A stretch of 64,000 nucleotides of DNA. Source: a virus. Lineage: Duplodnaviria; Caudoviricetes. The notes under the pieces are model-generated. The model ran no database searches. It saw nothing but the letters and a program-made list of their open reading frames with translations, and was not told the origin of the DNA. Position 1 is the stretch's first letter, and every line of letters starts with the position of its first letter. The DNA is taken from the IMG/VR virus record IMGVR_UViG_3300021426_000072, positions 32,001-96,000 of that record. One strand, 5' to 3'. The position numbers and the translations under genes are program-made. Of this stretch, positions 60,306 through 64,000 are shown one piece after another.

Positions 60306-63173
60306 TTGAATATGGAGGAGCATATGTCTGAGAAAACATATCTTAAAGAGCAAATTAGATTAGTATCATTGTCTAGCTATGATCTGTTTACAGATGAGGA
60401 ATATGACCTCTATATGCAAATAGTAAAATTAAAAAATCAACTGGATTTGTTGGATGAAGAGGAATACGATCCTGATGAAAGAAAGCAGCTTCTTGCTGAT
60501 AAGAAAAAGGCAAGGATCTCTCTTGAACGTTTAATTGCAGAGCATGAAAATATTCCTCGAACAGTAAGACTGTCATCTGTAATTTATTATCCTAAATATG
60601 CGGAATATCCATTCCCGGAAGGCATTACATATAATAATCTGAAAACAAACAAGAAGATTGCTGAGTTTTGTTGTGAACTGTCCAGAGCTATGGGTCTAAA
60701 GAATCTCGACCGAACTCTGGACTTAGTTGTTATGAAATGGAAAAACACAGAAATTCTCAGGCAAATTGTTATAAATGGATTTTATATGCCAATTCTCACA
60801 GAGGACGGTGTGGTGAAAAAACATTATCGGTTCTTTACTGCAAGCAGCGGACAATTAAGAACAGATAAGTTTATGGCAATTTCAGATGATGCATGGGCGA
60901 AAATCCGAGACAGACTTGAATGCGGGGTTGGATGGAAAGAGATTAACGCTAAAGGCGGAATTAATGCTAATAAGCTGAGTGCTTATGAAGCTCTTCCTAA
61001 CTCAGCGACAGAAGAGTGGACAGACTTTGATATTGACAGAATGATTGTAGTCGATGACTTTGAAGGAGAAGTTACAGACCGCATGATTTATATTAAGCCT
61101 GATTACACATGGGAGTCCGGGGTTAAGACTGTGAAGATAAAACACACCGACGGGTGTGGCATGATTCTCCCGTCTGTTTCGGGCGGTAACTTTATGATTA
61201 GGGCTCCTTACATTAAAGGGCTTCTTATTGTCTTCGACTTTATAAAGTTCTGTAAAGTTAACAATGTTCCGGCTGTTGTTACGGACATTTACGGTAAAGA
61301 ACATGATTTAATTAAAGAAAATATTCAAATTATCATCTTTAAAAGTATGTTTAAACTATGGAAATATTATAACAGCTGGGATGAATATAAAGAACATTTC
61401 AAAAAGAATAAATGCAAAGTTGGCAAGACGAATTATGAAGAAGAATATCTGGCAAACAAAGCGTTAAACTATCAAATGATTCAAACTCTTACAGACTTTA
61501 CAGATGAAGAAATAAAAGAATTTGTTAAATATGAGCATGATCGAATTCAAGGAATAACAAAAGATAGAGATGCAATGTTGAAAACTTTGAGGGCTAGTCC
61601 AGATTCTGAACAGCCGTATAAAGCAGCATTGGCATTATATCCAGAACTGTTACGGGAAGCTTATAGTAAAGAATCATTAAAGAACATCAGGAAAAGAATG
61701 CTCCTTGATGCCAAGTCAGGTAAGCTGAAGCTTAATAAAGAAAAGGGTGGCAACAAAAGACTGTTTGCTTGTCCTGACTTATATGGAATTTGTGAGTGGT
61801 TGTTCTGCCATGATCCAAAGCCGAAAGGCCTTTTGAGAAATGGTGAAGTTGCCTGTAAGATATTCAGGCGACATGACAAGGTGGATGTTCTAAGATCGCC
61901 TCACCTTTCGATGGAACATGGGCTGAGAAATGTAGCTCACGATCCGAGCATATATGAATGGTTCTGTACGAACGGATTATACAGTTCGTTACATGATTTA
62001 CTGAGCCGACTTTTGCAACTGGATTGGGATGGCGACCAATTAAACGTAGTTGCAGATCCATTGTTTGTTTCAATAGCAGAGAGAAACATCAAAAAATATG
62101 ATGTAATTCCATTGTTTTATGATGCAGATACGGCAGATGCAGAGAAAATTGATTTTGAAGCAATGTATCGTGCATTAAAACGAGCTCATGACTTCTCTGC
62201 TGGAGAAATTACAAGCATCGGTGAGATATCCAACATGCTGACAAGATTATGGAATAAAGATAATCCTGATCGGGATGTTGCAAATCTTCTTACAATGTTT
62301 AACAATCTGGTGATTGATGCTGCAAAGTCCGGCAAAATAAATCATTATAAAGATTATCCTCAAGTAGCAAAGAGAATAGGCAGAGCTACCGGAGGTAAAA
62401 ATGGACGTATGCCATATTGGTTCAAGTACAGTAAAAACGGCAGAAAGAATGTTTCACAGAATAAAGATAAAAAGTATGGCGAACTGAACAGCTCTACCAT
62501 GAGCCGTATTTGTATGGCATTTTCCGACATAGGAAACATCAATATGAATTATGCCGGAATTCCTCAGTTCAATTGGCAAATGCTGCTTAGTGAGCCATGC
62601 CCAAATTCAAAACCTGAAATCCAGGAAATGTTCTGTGAAATGGATAACGCAAATAAAGCATCTGTAATTGAATCACAGGATGTGTCCTATACAAGTGAAA
62701 AGCAATTAGTAAATGGATATGCAATCGTAGCAGAAGATATTATCAACAGAATGATTGAAAGATACGGTTCTCTCGAAACTGTATATCCTTATATAGCCAA
62801 ATATTTATTCGCGGGTGAGGGACAGAACAAGTCTGCTCACAAGCAAATGTTCTGGCGAGTATTTGGCGAGATTGCTTTAAGAAATATTAAGGCTAACCTT
62901 ACCAACTGCGATACTTGCCCTTCTTGTGGGATAAAAATACCAAGCTGGGTAAAGAATCATATTTGCATAAAGAATACACAAGGGTTTTATGAGTGCATAG
63001 ACTGTGGAGCTATGTGCGAAAGAAAGAACCCTCTTCAATGCAGATGTGAAGGTTGTCAGGAAAAATACAGAGCAATAACAAAGAAAGCCCGTCAGAGAGA
63101 AAGAAGAGAATTGCATAAGGAGTTGATCGCAAAACGTACTACAGTCTTGCAATCGTTCTCGACAGAGATGTAA
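60306..63173 (+). CDS. YonO-like single-subunit RNA polymerase 2 with C-terminal Zn ribbons
   Basis: TASSGQLR, HTDGCGMI..IRAPYIKG, RSPHL, catalytic DWDGD, IDAAKSG; CPSC/CIDC/CEGC. True start may be 60324. Confidence 0.88.
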   Translation: MNMEEHMSEKTYLKEQIRLVSLSSYDLFTDEEYDLYMQIVKLKNQLDLLDEEEYDPDERKQLLADKKKARISLERLIAEHENIPRTVRLSSVIYYPKYAEYPFPEGITYNNLKTNKKIAEFCCELSRAMGLKNLDRTLDLVVMKWKNTEILRQIVINGFYMPILTEDGVVKKHYRFFTASSGQLRTDKFMAISDDAWAKIRDRLECGVGWKEINAKGGINANKLSAYEALPNSATEEWTDFDIDRMIVVDDFEGEVTDRMIYIKPDYTWESGVKTVKIKHTDGCGMILPSVSGGNFMIRAPYIKGLLIVFDFIKFCKVNNVPAVVTDIYGKEHDLIKENIQIIIFKSMFKLWKYYNSWDEYKEHFKKNKCKVGKTNYEEEYLANKALNYQMIQTLTDFTDEEIKEFVKYEHDRIQGITKDRDAMLKTLRASPDSEQPYKAALALYPELLREAYSKESLKNIRKRMLLDAKSGKLKLNKEKGGNKRLFACPDLYGICEWLFCHDPKPKGLLRNGEVACKIFRRHDKVDVLRSPHLSMEHGLRNVAHDPSIYEWFCTNGLYSSLHDLLSRLLQLDWDGDQLNVVADPLFVSIAERNIKKYDVIPLFYDADTADAEKIDFEAMYRALKRAHDFSAGEITSIGEISNMLTRLWNKDNPDRDVANLLTMFNNLVIDAAKSGKINHYKDYPQVAKRIGRATGGKNGRMPYWFKYSKNGRKNVSQNKDKKYGELNSSTMSRICMAFSDIGNINMNYAGIPQFNWQMLLSEPCPNSKPEIQEMFCEMDNANKASVIESQDVSYTSEKQLVNGYAIVAEDIINRMIERYGSLETVYPYIAKYLFAGEGQNKSAHKQMFWRVFGEIALRNIKANLTNCDTCPSCGIKIPSWVKNHICIKNTQGFYECIDCGAMCERKNPLQCRCEGCQEKYRAITKKARQRERRELHKELIAKRTTVLQSFSTEM

Positions 63174-63307
63174 AAAACGGAAGTTTCTGGCCTTCATATG
63201 TTTTATGTTCAGCTAATACTACTTCAGAGAAGAGGTCTGGCTGGAGAGTCTTAAAACAATATGGCAGAAAATATAAACAAAATCTCTCTAAAATCCTTGT
63301 AACCTCG

Positions 63308-63619
63308 ATGTTCGGGCATGAAGACATGATTAATTATCTTTCTGACTACAGGACGCAGGATAAATTTAAAGGAAAGCATTACTATCCCAGTGGGGCGCTA
63401 TGTTGGTTTGAAACAAATCAGTATGGCGACCCTGCCGGGTCAGTATATTACATCAAGAAAGTTCCAGACATGGAGCTTCTTGATAAACCAAGAAGGCAGC
63501 GTGGATTCAAAAAACTGATCGCAGACAACAAAAGAGAAATAACGTTAAAAGAAAAGTTAACAAAAGCACAACAGGATATGGAGATCAGAGAATTTACAAA
63601 ACCTAAAATGTATCAATAG
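63308..63619 (+). CDS. Hypothetical protein (start uncertain)
   Basis: ORF following RNAP 2. Confidence 0.5.
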   Translation: MFGHEDMINYLSDYRTQDKFKGKHYYPSGALCWFETNQYGDPAGSVYYIKKVPDMELLDKPRRQRGFKKLIADNKREITLKEKLTKAQQDMEIREFTKPKMYQ

Positions 63620-63632
63620 AAAGGATGTTATT

Positions 63633-64000
63633 ATGGCTACAAAGAAAGTACAGACAGAAGAACCGGAAGTAAAAGAAATTGAACAGGAAAACTCAAATAT
63701 AAGGTTTTATCGCCAGTTTGCTACAACACCGGAATCAGCCAAGAGGACGATTGGTGCTGGCAGACTGAAAGGCTATACGGATATCAATCCGATGTGGCGT
63801 ATTAAGCGGTTAACTGAAGTTTTTGGGCCTGCTGGTTTCGGTTGGTGGACACAGGATGAAAAGTTCACATATGAACCGTGTGAAACAGGTGAGATTGCTG
63901 TTTTCTGTTCATTACAGCTTGTCGTTGTAGATCCTGAAACGCACGAACAGAGCCATCCAATCTCAGGATTTGGTGGAAATAAGTTTGTTGCGAATGAAAC
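63633..64000 (+). CDS. Rad52/Sak-like single-strand annealing protein (partial)
   Basis: GRLKGYTDINPMWRIKRLTEVFGPAGFGW...GFGGNKF; AAGGA RBS; runs off the window. Confidence 0.75.
   Translation, partial: MATKKVQTEEPEVKEIEQENSNIRFYRQFATTPESAKRTIGAGRLKGYTDINPMWRIKRLTEVFGPAGFGWWTQDEKFTYEPCETGEIAVFCSLQLVVVDPETHEQSHPISGFGGNKFVANE

Overview
A 64-kb segment of a large tailed phage, probably infecting Firmicutes (Clostridia-like), with SPbeta-like architecture. The left 25 kb (minus strand) is the virion module: terminase, portal, protease/scaffold, major capsid, head-tail joining, tail tube, tail chaperones with a -1 frameshift, and a giant (>3700 aa) tape-measure ORF that runs off the window and is missing from the supplied ORF track. 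The right 39 kb (plus strand) holds early/middle genes, nine intact tRNAs, several tRNA-like and structured RNAs, RNase HI, two SSBs, LemA, a TerD-like protein and a Rad52/Sak-like annealase. Main observations: (1) a stand-alone Cas7/RAMP-like gene plus an accessory gene followed by a non-CRISPR array with strict 5-nt periodicity (GGCAGTC leader, then Gxx-NN pentamers), a candidate RNA-guided system with a gapped code; (2) a Ubl-E2-JAB-E1 operon directly followed by a GC-rich, palindrome-dense ncRNA and a retron-type reverse transcriptase; (3) three YonO/RdRP-like DxDGD RNA polymerases, one embedded in the tape measure protein together with a PD-(D/E)XK nuclease domain; (4) three covarying RNA repeats carrying anticodon-like loops upstream of the TerD-like gene; (5) a hammerhead ribozyme and two families of candidate phage promoters. 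All assignments come from reading motifs by eye; no database searches were run.
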